64,000 nucleotides of DNA from a virus (Duplodnaviria > Caudoviricetes): the IMG/VR virus record IMGVR_UViG_3300021254_000020, positions 128,001 to 192,000 of that record. One strand, given 5' to 3'. A model generated the notes under the pieces. The model was not told the origin of the DNA, did not search any database, and saw only the letters and a list, made by a program, of their open reading frames with translations. A program made the translations under genes and the position numbers. Positions 8,983 to 18,987 of this stretch are shown piece after piece. Numbering within the stretch: the stretch's first letter is position 1; every line of letters begins with the position of its first letter.

Positions 8983-10707
8983 TTATCTATTTGCTGTTAA
9001 TAACAGCCTCTTTCTATCTTCGTCACTAATCTTAAAGTCGTTAATGGCCATCTCAGGAACATTGCTATCTTCGAGAACAGGATTCACCCGTTCTACTATC
9101 TGTTTCAGCTTAGATCCTTTATTGTATTCATTAACGCTGTTAGCTAATCTATCTCTCCATCCAGAAGGTTCATGATAATTAGGATCTACATATCCACCAT
9201 GAGACAAGCTAATGAATGGTACTAATACCGAGCTTGTACCTGGATTGGAAGGAGATGATGTGTTCAAGCAAGATACCCCCAAGCTAGTAGGATGTAAATA
9301 ACGGTAGATTACAGGCATGGCTGCGTTACCATTATTCTCGCTTATAGCACTAGGACCATTCTTGCTATATCGTATAGCATTAAAACTATCACAATCAGTT
9401 ACAGTATCATTGAAAACTACTATGGATTCTTTCCCCAATTCAGTTAAGAGGTAATCAAATGGGATTATGATTCTCTTCTTGATACTAATAGTATTTACCC
9501 GATCACCCATATCTCCAAGAGTACACATGGCTTTAAAGAGTTTAGGAGCAATCAAGAATGCAGCATATTCCCCAACTCTGAATCTCTTCTGATAAATATC
9601 CAGATTAGATTTCAGAATCAATGCATTATATTCATACATACACCATCTAAGTACTTGATATACATCTTGCATATCATTGTAATCCATTCTAGATATATCT
9701 TTAGTAATCAGATCATATACCATCTCGAAAGAGCTTAGAACACTAATAGCCTTACTTCTAGGAGTTGCCAAACTATAATGTCTACCTAGTGCTTCCAACC
9801 AAGTATCATTGCTATTTATCCCCTCGTAAGTCATAAACTTACGAGTAGACTCATTAAGAATAGTATTTACTACGTGCTGTAATACATAGTTGCTATTAAA
9901 CAACTGTCTAGGAACAGCAACGTAGTAATGGGTTGCATCACTTAATTTAGCAGGCTGGAAGATATAATGATCTTCTGGAAATGGAGGAAGTGTCGGATGA
10001 ATCCAAATCTGTCCTCCTAATCCAAGGAACTGAAGACCTCTAGCCAAACCCATCTTTGCAAAGATATATTCACAAGCTGGAAGACTCTTGCTAAAAGTAT
10101 CACAGTCAAAGTGAACACACTCTACATCCTCATTGGTGATAGTATGTAGAGTATAGATATTTCTATAGATCTTTATAGGCTGGAAGTTGGTCTTAAATAC
10201 TACCATAGGATTCTTGGCATTGCTAGTTTGGTTGTTATATGTAGATGCATCAACCATCTGAAACATCATTTGGCGTTCATTCCCATTAAGATTTACATAC
10301 TGCCCATTAACAACTCTAGGAACTGCTAATACAGTTTCTACAATCTCATGTGTATCATATGCCTCTAAGTACATCTCGATGATCAGTATCTTCACATCAG
10401 ACTCTTTGAGATCTATGAAGTTGAATCTGTTCTCAGTATTACCTCTAAGTTTGACACTCTTCTTGATAGCAGCCTCTTGGTATTTAGAGAGAATAGCTCT
10501 TACCGAATCATAATCCTCTATGACCGTAAAGTTACGAATATGAATAGTAAAGTAACTATCCAAACCCATAGTTTTCTGAATAGAGAGATACAACAACTTG
10601 ATATTCTCTATTATCTCATTCTCATCCCTCTTAAACAGTTCAGGATTGATCTGCAATACATGTTTCGGGTTAGAATTAAACTTTTGGATAAATTGTCCTT
10701 GATTCAA
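8983..10707 (-). CDS. phage multisubunit RNA polymerase beta subunit, N-terminal part (non-virion type)
   Basis: VPR...YVNLNG..R.MFQ motif; C-terminal YRYLHPTSLGVSCLNTSSPSNPG equivalent to beta RxxHxSxxGxxCxxxT. Confidence 0.85.
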   Translation of the reverse strand: MNQGQFIQKFNSNPKHVLQINPELFKRDENEIIENIKLLYLSIQKTMGLDSYFTIHIRNFTVIEDYDSVRAILSKYQEAAIKKSVKLRGNTENRFNFIDLKESDVKILIIEMYLEAYDTHEIVETVLAVPRVVNGQYVNLNGNERQMMFQMVDASTYNNQTSNAKNPMVVFKTNFQPIKIYRNIYTLHTITNEDVECVHFDCDTFSKSLPACEYIFAKMGLARGLQFLGLGGQIWIHPTLPPFPEDHYIFQPAKLSDATHYYVAVPRQLFNSNYVLQHVVNTILNESTRKFMTYEGINSNDTWLEALGRHYSLATPRSKAISVLSSFEMVYDLITKDISRMDYNDMQDVYQVLRWCMYEYNALILKSNLDIYQKRFRVGEYAAFLIAPKLFKAMCTLGDMGDRVNTISIKKRIIIPFDYLLTELGKESIVVFNDTVTDCDSFNAIRYSKNGPSAISENNGNAAMPVIYRYLHPTSLGVSCLNTSSPSNPGTSSVLVPFISLSHGGYVDPNYHEPSGWRDRLANSVNEYNKGSKLKQIVERVNPVLEDSNVPEMAINDFKISDEDRKRLLLTANR

Positions 10708-10719
10708 TTTGCTTCCCCC

Positions 10720-11382
10720 TTAAATAATAGTAGCTCTCAGTTCTTCTCCTATGGGATTGGCACAACCTGGTTTATCTCTCATAATGAGTTCTACTTCGAT
10801 ATCACTAGCTTCTGCGATGGCTTTCATCTTACCAAAAGTAATACTATCAGCAGTAGTGAGAATGCGCATATTGTTAGAATAGTCAGAACCATGACGATGG
10901 CGATAACTACTCATATCAATATTCTTTTGGTTTAATGCTTTCTTCAACAAAGCAAACTCTGGAGTATCATCAGGTTTAATCATGAACTGAGTTACGTTAT
11001 CTTTGCATATCAATACAGTTCTTTCTGCTGCTTCTAATTGGGCAGTCTTTTGAATCATGCCAACTACACCATTAGTATTCTTATTCAGATCAATGATATG
11101 GCTTGAAGAATGTGCCTGTTTATCTTCTGCAGTTTCAGGCTTGGTAAACTTCAATGCTCCGCCATAATCTCTCACACCAATAAGAGTAGAGTTTCTTACA
11201 CCAGCATTTATAATAGGATATACATATCCGTTCTTTTCGATAGCAGTATCACTAGCCATGGCTTGCATGGCCTCTGGATTGATACCAGTACGTCTAATAT
11301 ATTCGTCTACTGTAACAACGTCATACATAGATCTTCCTATGGACATTTTACGCATGGATAATCTCCTTTCTAACATGAGCAA
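10720..11382 (-). CDS. hypothetical protein, possible C-terminal HTH
   Basis: 220-aa ORF co-transcribed with RNAP beta-N. Confidence 0.7.
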   Translation of the reverse strand: MLMLERRLSMRKMSIGRSMYDVVTVDEYIRRTGINPEAMQAMASDTAIEKNGYVYPIINAGVRNSTLIGVRDYGGALKFTKPETAEDKQAHSSSHIIDLNKNTNGVVGMIQKTAQLEAAERTVLICKDNVTQFMIKPDDTPEFALLKKALNQKNIDMSSYRHRHGSDYSNNMRILTTADSITFGKMKAIAEASDIEVELIMRDKPGCANPIGEELRATII

Positions 11383-11653
11383 TAGTATCTTCTGCTTTTT
11401 TCATAGAATCCAAGATTACAATCTGACTATTATAAATAGCCTGTTGTATAATAGCATCAGCAAGAGAACCGTCTTCAGGATCTACAATCAACACCTTGCA
11501 GAGTGCGGCTTTATGTAGCATGCTTGTCTTGTGGACCTCCGGATCCTTCATATTGTTCGTATTAGAGACCTTCAATACTTGGTATCCATCCTTCATCAAC
11601 CCAGACGCAATATCAGTATAATTTTCTTTATCACTTACTACCCCAACTACCAT
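11348..11653 (-). CDS. hypothetical protein
   Basis: GAGGG RBS. Confidence 0.65.
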   Translation of the reverse strand: MVVGVVSDKENYTDIASGLMKDGYQVLKVSNTNNMKDPEVHKTSMLHKAALCKVLIVDPEDGSLADAIIQQAIYNSQIVILDSMKKAEDTIAHVRKEIIHA

Positions 11654-11752
11654 ATTATAATTCCCTCTCTCACTAAAAATAAATATATATTCATAGACCT
11701 CAATCCCGAGCCCTCTTTCTAGGACTCGGGACGAGTGTCTACGCTATACTGC

Positions 11753-12415
11753 TTATGCGGCTGCAGTTACGTTAGTATCACCAACAACACCGATTACATC
11801 ATCTTGCTTGATGATCTGCTTCAGGAGTGCACCAGGAGTTACACCGATATATACCTTGTCACCTGCCAGTTCGCTACGGAATGCAACGAGATCACCAATA
11901 GCCATTTCCGGATCAATCGTAGCATTGAGACGCATATAATCAGCCAGGCAATCGAATACGATGCACAGAACCTGAGTGCTAGTACCTTCAGTAATCTGGT
12001 CTTTGGTTTCGCCCTGTTTGAAACGCCATACAAGACCACCAACCTGATAGGAAACCTGATCGAAGATAGATTCGGCTTCCTTATTCTCAGCGAAGTTATA
12101 TACTTCGTAAGTGTTCTTATCGATATCTGCCTCGTCAAACGTGCAGGAGAGAGCCCAGCTACCTTCATCTGCGCCTTCTTCAGATTGAGCCATGAACTGT
12201 ACTACCATTGCAAAATGGAACCCACCATTATAATCACGGAGTTCCAGAGCCACCGGTTTATCCTTGCTCTTATGGATTGCCAAGAACTTAGCGGATGCCT
12301 GGAAGTAGAAGCGCAATGCATCTACAGTCAGTTCGTCTGACCAACCGAACTGATAACCTTCAGTGATGCGTTTCAGAGTCTCATTGAGAAGGGTCGTGCT
12401 AGAAATGTCTTTCAT
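11753..12415 (-). CDS. acidic hypothetical protein, likely highly expressed
   Basis: start reassigned to ATG 12415 with AGGAGGT RBS; codon usage skewed to TTC/CTG/GGT. Confidence 0.75.
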   Translation of the reverse strand: MKDISSTTLLNETLKRITEGYQFGWSDELTVDALRFYFQASAKFLAIHKSKDKPVALELRDYNGGFHFAMVVQFMAQSEEGADEGSWALSCTFDEADIDKNTYEVYNFAENKEAESIFDQVSYQVGGLVWRFKQGETKDQITEGTSTQVLCIVFDCLADYMRLNATIDPEMAIGDLVAFRSELAGDKVYIGVTPGALLKQIIKQDDVIGVVGDTNVTAAA

Positions 12416-12454
12416 AAAAAAATACCTCCTAATAAATAAAACATTTAAAAATTT

Positions 12455-12757
12455 GATCACTCCACCCGACCAGGATGGAGATGATCATAACACACAATAG
12501 TACTGGGACTGAGGATCTTAGCGATAATCATAAATATATCTAAAAACGTAAATGACGCAGTCTGGTTAAGGGGAACCATTATTGTTACCATTTACTTCGA
12601 GTCCTCCATCATTGTTATCTTCAGAGCGAATGCGAATCCTCTTAGATCAATGAATGAGAGAATAGTAGCTACAAAATCAATTTGGGAATACACCAATCAT
12701 AGATTTATTTTGTTTATTATTTTATACATGAACCTCGCCAAGTCCTACTATTACCCA
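12455..12757 (-). ncRNA. candidate ~300-nt structured RNA
   Basis: early promoter 12768-77; 5'/3' closing stem 12733-52 with 12496-514; terminator-like hairpin 12455-86. Confidence 0.5.
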
Positions 12758-12873
12758 CTACCATCTCTATAGTATATGCTTGATATTTTTATTACCAAAC
12801 ATCCACTAACTTAAAATACTCTTAATATAGGCTTATCTACAACTAGTTGGATTTTAATCTTCTACCGTAGTGT

Positions 12874-15264
12874 CTAGTTATTTTTAGATTTTAATATAAG
12901 CTCTTGAGCCATATCTCTAGTCAATACCATAGGAGTCAATCCAGCACATGACTGTAGATTTTCCCAGGTTACATGTAATGGAGCAGTATTATATGCTTTA
13001 GCATATGCTTGTCCTAAGAACTTGAATGCTTTGGCTACCTTAGTACTCATGTATCCTACATTGGGAACAATAAGAGCATAACAGTCTTTAGTGAATCCAG
13101 CTTTTACATCAGCGTCATAATCCCCTAACTGATTAAACTGATCAGCCAATACTTTATCATGGACACCACTAAATACTATCTTCTTTTTAGGTTGTTTACG
13201 TGGATCATACGGTTCTGTTCTAGTCCACATAAAGTTGTTAAATATGAATCTCAGTTCATCTATCAATAATGGACGTTCTTTCACTATAGTCTCCACTGTA
13301 GTTTCACCTATACCATCTATAGCAGCTAAATGACGGAAAGTCTCATTTGGTTCATTTAGAACTCGTTCAATTGGGAACTGTTCTAGAATAGCCTTCCAAG
13401 TCTTTGCTGCTATATTGGTAAATCCTATAGCCCCTATTAGCCTATAGTCTGGTAAACCAATATTTTTGAGGAAATCTAAGACTCCTCGAAGATTATATGC
13501 ATTCCCTTTGCCTATTCTTCTTTCCATCTCACACCTATCATACGAATATAGCTGAGATAACTTAGTGACCTCAAGAGTCTTAATAGTTTCATAAGAGAAT
13601 CCTTTGGCATTTAGTTTCTTCAATGTATTAGACAATCTACCATAAGCTCTCTCAGGACACCAGAAGTTAGTACAGAATACACTACTACCAGAATCGGATA
13701 CATATAGAGGACCTCCACAGCTAGGACAAGTAGTTGGGAACTGTTCCAACTCTCCTAGCTCTTTTGGTTGTAGATGATCTGGAGCTCTTCTTATATAAAC
13801 TATAACGTCGTTATTCAGAGTCAGAGTGACTTTATCTCCTTTATGGAGTCCTAGAGTCTTAAATCTCTCATAGGAATGAGCTGTAGTCTTATCATGAATT
13901 GCTCCAAAGAACTCTACTGGTAAGAAGTGTGCCATTGGGACTATAACTCCATCTTGTCCTACACTATAGGTATAGTGAGTGAAGGTACTATATCTCATTA
14001 GAGGAGGGAACTTAATAGCTATGCTATATCTAGGAACAGCCCCTCTCTTACCAAGATACTGACGGATATTTGGATTCAGTATCTCTACTACGATGCCATC
14101 ATACATGAACTCTTGATAGTCTCTTAATGCTTGTGCTTCTTCACTGAACTTGTGTACCAAATAAAGTGCAGTATTGAAGTCAGCTTTGATTACGCTATAA
14201 CGGAAGTCTATTCCCTTAGTATAGTACTGATTCATAAACATGATTTCAGTAAGTCTATCTACATTAAGACTAGTCTCTAATGGTATTGGAGTAAGATAAT
14301 CTCTATACATTCTAGCATCTAGACTACTAGTCAACCCAATAACTGCATTACGAGCATTGACGTAATTCTTACCAAATCTCTCTTTCAACAGTCTTAGATT
14401 CTCTTTAGTAACTATATACTCATTCTTAATACCAATAGGATTACCTTTAGCTAATCCTCTTGCTCTAGCAAATGTCATTCCTCCTAGTATTGGAGTCATA
14501 TCAGATGCCTCATTATTATCTGTATCCCCTCTAGTGCAAGAAGATATGATAGTATCACCATCTACAGTATTCTCAATAGATACACCATCATATTTAAACG
14601 ATACTACTAGTTCTATATTGTTAGGATCTAGTATTCCCTCTTGGCAATACTTTGCTAAAAAGTCTCTCTCAAATATGAGTACTGATGGATCTTGGAAAGC
14701 TGCATTGTTTATAGCATCAGCATTGGTAACATATTTACACTTATCTAGAGTACCACATAGATCCCATTGATGAGCAGTAGTGCGTGCTTTCTTAGCCACT
14801 ACTGTATCATCATGATTATAGATGAAATCTTCAGCCATCGGCATAGTCATATTGCTAGTCATTGGTTTAAAGAACACCATCTTATCATAATCCGGAACTC
14901 TATCTACTATCTTTAGTAATCCCTCTTGAGTCCTACCATTATCTATAGGACTACTAGCTTCAGTAGCTCCCTTGAAATCTATAGGAGGGGCTCCTATAGG
15001 AGTAGGTATCCCTAGATTCTTACAGATTACTATTAATCTATCATAGATATCATCTGGGATGATCGGATTACCACCTATATTATTATAGACTATATTTGCT
15101 ATCCTTATAATAGCTTGAACAGTCAATTGGTTAGTAATTAGCAGATCCTGATCGCTGATAAGTTTAGTAGCAATCTCAGTTATCTTAACCCTTTCAGAAT
15201 CTTGAATAGTTGGATCTCCACCCATTAATCTACTAAGAATAGTATTTAAATATATAAGGTCCAT
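12874..15264 (-). CDS. ligA: NAD-dependent DNA ligase
   Basis: KYDG adenylation motif, TRGD, NARN, DGIV, IAIKFP, CPSC...C....C zinc finger, HhH GIG, degenerate BRCT. Confidence 0.93.
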   Translation of the reverse strand: MDLIYLNTILSRLMGGDPTIQDSERVKITEIATKLISDQDLLITNQLTVQAIIRIANIVYNNIGGNPIIPDDIYDRLIVICKNLGIPTPIGAPPIDFKGATEASSPIDNGRTQEGLLKIVDRVPDYDKMVFFKPMTSNMTMPMAEDFIYNHDDTVVAKKARTTAHQWDLCGTLDKCKYVTNADAINNAAFQDPSVLIFERDFLAKYCQEGILDPNNIELVVSFKYDGVSIENTVDGDTIISSCTRGDTDNNEASDMTPILGGMTFARARGLAKGNPIGIKNEYIVTKENLRLLKERFGKNYVNARNAVIGLTSSLDARMYRDYLTPIPLETSLNVDRLTEIMFMNQYYTKGIDFRYSVIKADFNTALYLVHKFSEEAQALRDYQEFMYDGIVVEILNPNIRQYLGKRGAVPRYSIAIKFPPLMRYSTFTHYTYSVGQDGVIVPMAHFLPVEFFGAIHDKTTAHSYERFKTLGLHKGDKVTLTLNNDVIVYIRRAPDHLQPKELGELEQFPTTCPSCGGPLYVSDSGSSVFCTNFWCPERAYGRLSNTLKKLNAKGFSYETIKTLEVTKLSQLYSYDRCEMERRIGKGNAYNLRGVLDFLKNIGLPDYRLIGAIGFTNIAAKTWKAILEQFPIERVLNEPNETFRHLAAIDGIGETTVETIVKERPLLIDELRFIFNNFMWTRTEPYDPRKQPKKKIVFSGVHDKVLADQFNQLGDYDADVKAGFTKDCYALIVPNVGYMSTKVAKAFKFLGQAYAKAYNTAPLHVTWENLQSCAGLTPMVLTRDMAQELILKSKNN

Positions 15265-15279
15265 AATCTCACCTCCACA

Positions 15280-15645
15280 CTAATATGTTTCTTTAATAAA
15301 TTGGGTAATGGTATTTACAGCTTCCTTATATGATTCTAGATCTAGTACACTTATTGGATCCATTAGACTAACAGCTACGATATGTCTCAAAGTATCTGGG
15401 TCTGGTATTAGTACTGCTATTATTAACAATACTGGTCCAGGAAAGAGACATATTACGGCTAAACCATGCTTACTAAGGTCTTCTATATCCTTCCTAGTAC
15501 ATTCCATTATAAAGAAAAATACAACAATTGATATTAGTCCTCCAATACCGCCTATGATCATCTTCACATACATCATCCTATTTATAATGAAATAGAATAA
15601 TGCTGAATGAGTATGTATCAGATCTATGTACTGCATCCCTTCCAT
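15280..15645 (-). CDS. two-TM membrane protein, tandem paralog of 15657-16034
   Basis: FYFIINRM / VYFVANRL, two hydrophobic helices, IP/LP after TM2. Confidence 0.7.
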   Translation of the reverse strand: MEGMQYIDLIHTHSALFYFIINRMMYVKMIIGGIGGLISIVVFFFIMECTRKDIEDLSKHGLAVICLFPGPVLLIIAVLIPDPDTLRHIVAVSLMDPISVLDLESYKEAVNTITQFIKETY

Positions 15646-15656
15646 AAACTCACCTC

Positions 15657-16034
15657 CTAATAATTTTTATTGATAATTTTGGTTAGAACTTCATGATCCC
15701 AATTAAATTGATCTACATTCCCATCATAATCAACAGGATTGATAATAGTATTTACTAAATATTTAGTTGCGGTTTCTGTACTAGGTAGAACTATAGATAT
15801 TATTATCATGAATAGAGCAATACCAATTAATACCGGTCTAAGTGGTAGATCTAATACATAATATACTCTATCATTTAAATCTTCATTCATGCCCAAGATT
15901 ACCAACGATATGAATAGAAGAGTAACTCCAGAGAAACCAATCGCTACTTCTACTGCAGTTAGTCTATTAGCAACGAAATACACAATGGTTGGATAGGTCT
16001 GCAGTGCATCTAACATAAACTCACCTCCAATCAA
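15657..16034 (-). CDS. two-TM membrane protein
   Basis: see partner; likely start ATG 16016 with GGAGG. Confidence 0.7.
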   Translation of the reverse strand: MIGGEFMLDALQTYPTIVYFVANRLTAVEVAIGFSGVTLLFISLVILGMNEDLNDRVYYVLDLPLRPVLIGIALFMIIISIVLPSTETATKYLVNTIINPVDYDGNVDQFNWDHEVLTKIINKNY

Positions 16035-16075
16035 ATAAAATAAATAGGGTAGGTAATTGTACCTACCCTATCTTC

Positions 16076-18511
16076 TTAGTGACGCTCTATCTTTGCTACG
16101 TATTTGGGATCCACCCCAATGGATTTGAGTTTAGCAATATACTCTTCTCTAGCCTGATTATACTCCTTGATACCAATATCTCTGTGTACAATCTGCTTGA
16201 GCTTAGTACTATTACCTTCTCTCTCCAGTTCTATAGTATGTTGTTGAACTCTATATTTCTCAACAGCATCAAGCTGTTCTTGAGTAATAGGTCCACCTTT
16301 ATATTGCAATTCTTCTGGAAGTTTAAATGCAATCTTCTTATGAACTACAGGAACTCTTTGTGCTACTATTCTTAAGCAAGGTTGATATCTAAACTTCTTA
16401 ACCTTATGGAAGTTGAGACGTTCTCCCAATACTTTCAAGAATGCCTGAACGATATCAGCTGACTGAGACACACAATCCTCATTCAGTCTAACATCGAATG
16501 CAAATGGATCTCCAGTCAACAGTTGTTCATTCAGACGTCTAGCCTCTGGAGAACTACTGTTCAGATTGAATTCTTCTATAAAGATTTCAGCCCCTACGTG
16601 AGAAGATATAGTAGAAGACTCCATTTCACCATAGACTCGTACTGGTGTACTAGCATATCTAGCATTGTGAGTCTTAGCCATTCTACTCTTGGAGTTCTCA
16701 TTACGTATATTAGTAGATGCCAATGATACAGCAGAGAACTTCTCTTCTGCCAGCTGCTTAAGACGGAAGATATACTTATAACCAATTACTACTGGTCTTC
16801 TAGTATATACCATTCTAGCCTTACCACTAGAGTCAATCATAGGAACCGCTACATGACAATACTTCTCTAAGAAGGGGAATTCATTATATATCATCCTCAG
16901 TTTATCAATGCCCATATTAGAACTGATAGGAGCCATTGATACCATAATATATCCGTCATGGAGTATCTCTTCGATAAAGAGATCTCTATTGAATTGATTA
17001 TCATCATCTACAGGATTGAGTCTAGCTCTATCATCCATAGGATCTGGCTTACCATAAGTAAACCTATAATGCATAGCCAACTCATCTGCTTGTTCAGGAT
17101 TTAATAACCAGATATACTTATGAATTAGTTGGAAAGCTACGTCGTAATCCTTTACATTAGTCTTAATGTATTCCAACAATTTCCAACCGATGGAAGTTAT
17201 GCTGGTCTCGAATAACTGACCATCATTGAGTCGGTTGATACAAGTACACATTGAATACAATACATCCACTGGATGCCAACGACCATCTTTGAGATAATGA
17301 GGCATCATACTATCTGGACGAACCTTAGAGATAACACCTTTACCACCATATCTATCAGTGATCTTATCTCCTCGTACCAGTGGTTTATTGTGTTGTATTA
17401 TGATTTCCATAGAGATATTACTGAATACTTTGTCTTGGATATATTGAGTACCTTGAGAAATCATAACCATATTATGGAAGAGCTTTTGAAGTTCATACGA
17501 GACATTGATCTCTTTTCTAGTACCATCCTCATTATATAAGAATGGACTGACCTTTTTGACAAACTCCTTAGCACATCTCATAGATTCATCATAGTATTTC
17601 TTTACCTGCTGATAATACATATTATCTTGTAATTTATCAGGATTATTGCAATACACGTTGATATCTATGACTTTACCATCATCACAAAGGAACTTCTTAT
17701 CATTCATCATAGGTTCTTTTAAACGGTCCCATGACTGAGAGAAGAGTGCTTCTTCATCTTTCATCTCTCTTCTTAATGCACAGATAATAGAATTCTCTAC
17801 TCTCTCACCAATATCTGGGAAGGTTTTGTATTCCTTATCTTTACCGTATCTATTGAGAAGAATGTCATTATCATTTATCTTGATCTCTATTTTAGAAATC
17901 AATGGAGAAGAGAATCTCTTAGCAGCTGATTCTGAAATAACGATTGGGTCTTCCTTTACATCCTCACATGCAATATACATGGTAGTCATATTCAGACCTT
18001 CTGCTCTATTCAGATTCTCGTCATAAGAAATGGTCTGTTTAATAACAGTACCTTTTCTAACCACATCGTTCAACAGTAAGCTATCTAAGTAATCATTATT
18101 AAACAGATAACCAAAGAACTCAGTAATGTGATGATATGGGGTACGTTCAATCACACTAATGAGATTGTGTTCTCTATTGTATAGTATCAACCAATAGTGA
18201 TCATTGGGTTTGAATGAAAACTTACTGATCTTGGCCAATACAGTATAATCACAATCAGCAGTCAAGAAGTTAGAGCTAGCGTAACCCAACTGGTTCTCAT
18301 ATCCAGTAGATATGATCGGAGCTTCAGGTTCTAGAATCTGGATAGCTTGTTCCATCTGAATACCCTGCATGATCTTTCTAGATCCTGAATTTGTATTACA
18401 AAATGGCTGTTTTAAGCTACGTCCTAAAATACGCTCCAGTTTACCACCCAACCGTTGATTAACTTTCTCGATTTCGTTTATAAGATTTAAACTTCCGGTA
18501 CTTCCTTTCAA
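16076..18511 (-). CDS. phage RNA polymerase beta subunit, C-terminal part (non-virion type)
   Basis: NSGSRKIMQGIQMEQA, EDPIVISES, GDKITDRYGGKGVIS, RLNDGQLFE, YIFRLKQLAEEK, YGEMES. Confidence 0.92.
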   Translation of the reverse strand: MKGSTGSLNLINEIEKVNQRLGGKLERILGRSLKQPFCNTNSGSRKIMQGIQMEQAIQILEPEAPIISTGYENQLGYASSNFLTADCDYTVLAKISKFSFKPNDHYWLILYNREHNLISVIERTPYHHITEFFGYLFNNDYLDSLLLNDVVRKGTVIKQTISYDENLNRAEGLNMTTMYIACEDVKEDPIVISESAAKRFSSPLISKIEIKINDNDILLNRYGKDKEYKTFPDIGERVENSIICALRREMKDEEALFSQSWDRLKEPMMNDKKFLCDDGKVIDINVYCNNPDKLQDNMYYQQVKKYYDESMRCAKEFVKKVSPFLYNEDGTRKEINVSYELQKLFHNMVMISQGTQYIQDKVFSNISMEIIIQHNKPLVRGDKITDRYGGKGVISKVRPDSMMPHYLKDGRWHPVDVLYSMCTCINRLNDGQLFETSITSIGWKLLEYIKTNVKDYDVAFQLIHKYIWLLNPEQADELAMHYRFTYGKPDPMDDRARLNPVDDDNQFNRDLFIEEILHDGYIMVSMAPISSNMGIDKLRMIYNEFPFLEKYCHVAVPMIDSSGKARMVYTRRPVVIGYKYIFRLKQLAEEKFSAVSLASTNIRNENSKSRMAKTHNARYASTPVRVYGEMESSTISSHVGAEIFIEEFNLNSSSPEARRLNEQLLTGDPFAFDVRLNEDCVSQSADIVQAFLKVLGERLNFHKVKKFRYQPCLRIVAQRVPVVHKKIAFKLPEELQYKGGPITQEQLDAVEKYRVQQHTIELEREGNSTKLKQIVHRDIGIKEYNQAREEYIAKLKSIGVDPKYVAKIERH

Positions 18512-18897
18512 AGATTTTCTCTCCCCTCTTTATAGATATAATTATATTCAGGAATTAATAACTTAAGTACGTCTAAAATAGCTCCTTGTATAGTTTCAGT
18601 CACTTCGAAACCATGAAGGAAAACTTCTACTTCTTTGGAAATACCTTCCATACCTTTAATCAAACTTGCCATCTTTACCACGCTTGGATAGATATCATCA
18701 CTAAGACTAATCTCTTTATCTACAATAAATACTGCATACGTATCAATCACAGGATAGAGATCAACACTACCAATGCATGGGGATCCTTTGGTGATATTTT
18801 TAATATCTTCTCTCTCGATATCACTAATATTCAAATCCTGTTTATCAAACCACTCTTTTGAGCAAAAGCTCATTCTCAAAACCATTTCTTCTTCCAT
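18508..18897 (-). CDS. hypothetical protein
   Basis: GAGG RBS; overlaps start of RNAP gene. Confidence 0.7.
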   Translation of the reverse strand: MEEEMVLRMSFCSKEWFDKQDLNISDIEREDIKNITKGSPCIGSVDLYPVIDTYAVFIVDKEISLSDDIYPSVVKMASLIKGMEGISKEVEVFLHGFEVTETIQGAILDVLKLLIPEYNYIYKEGRENL

Positions 18898-18987
18898 TTC
18901 TATTCCTCTCCTTAAATAGTATAGACTGGAGGGAGCAGTCCTTTTCTCCCTCCATATCTATAGTATGTGCTTCAGCATATTATGGGG

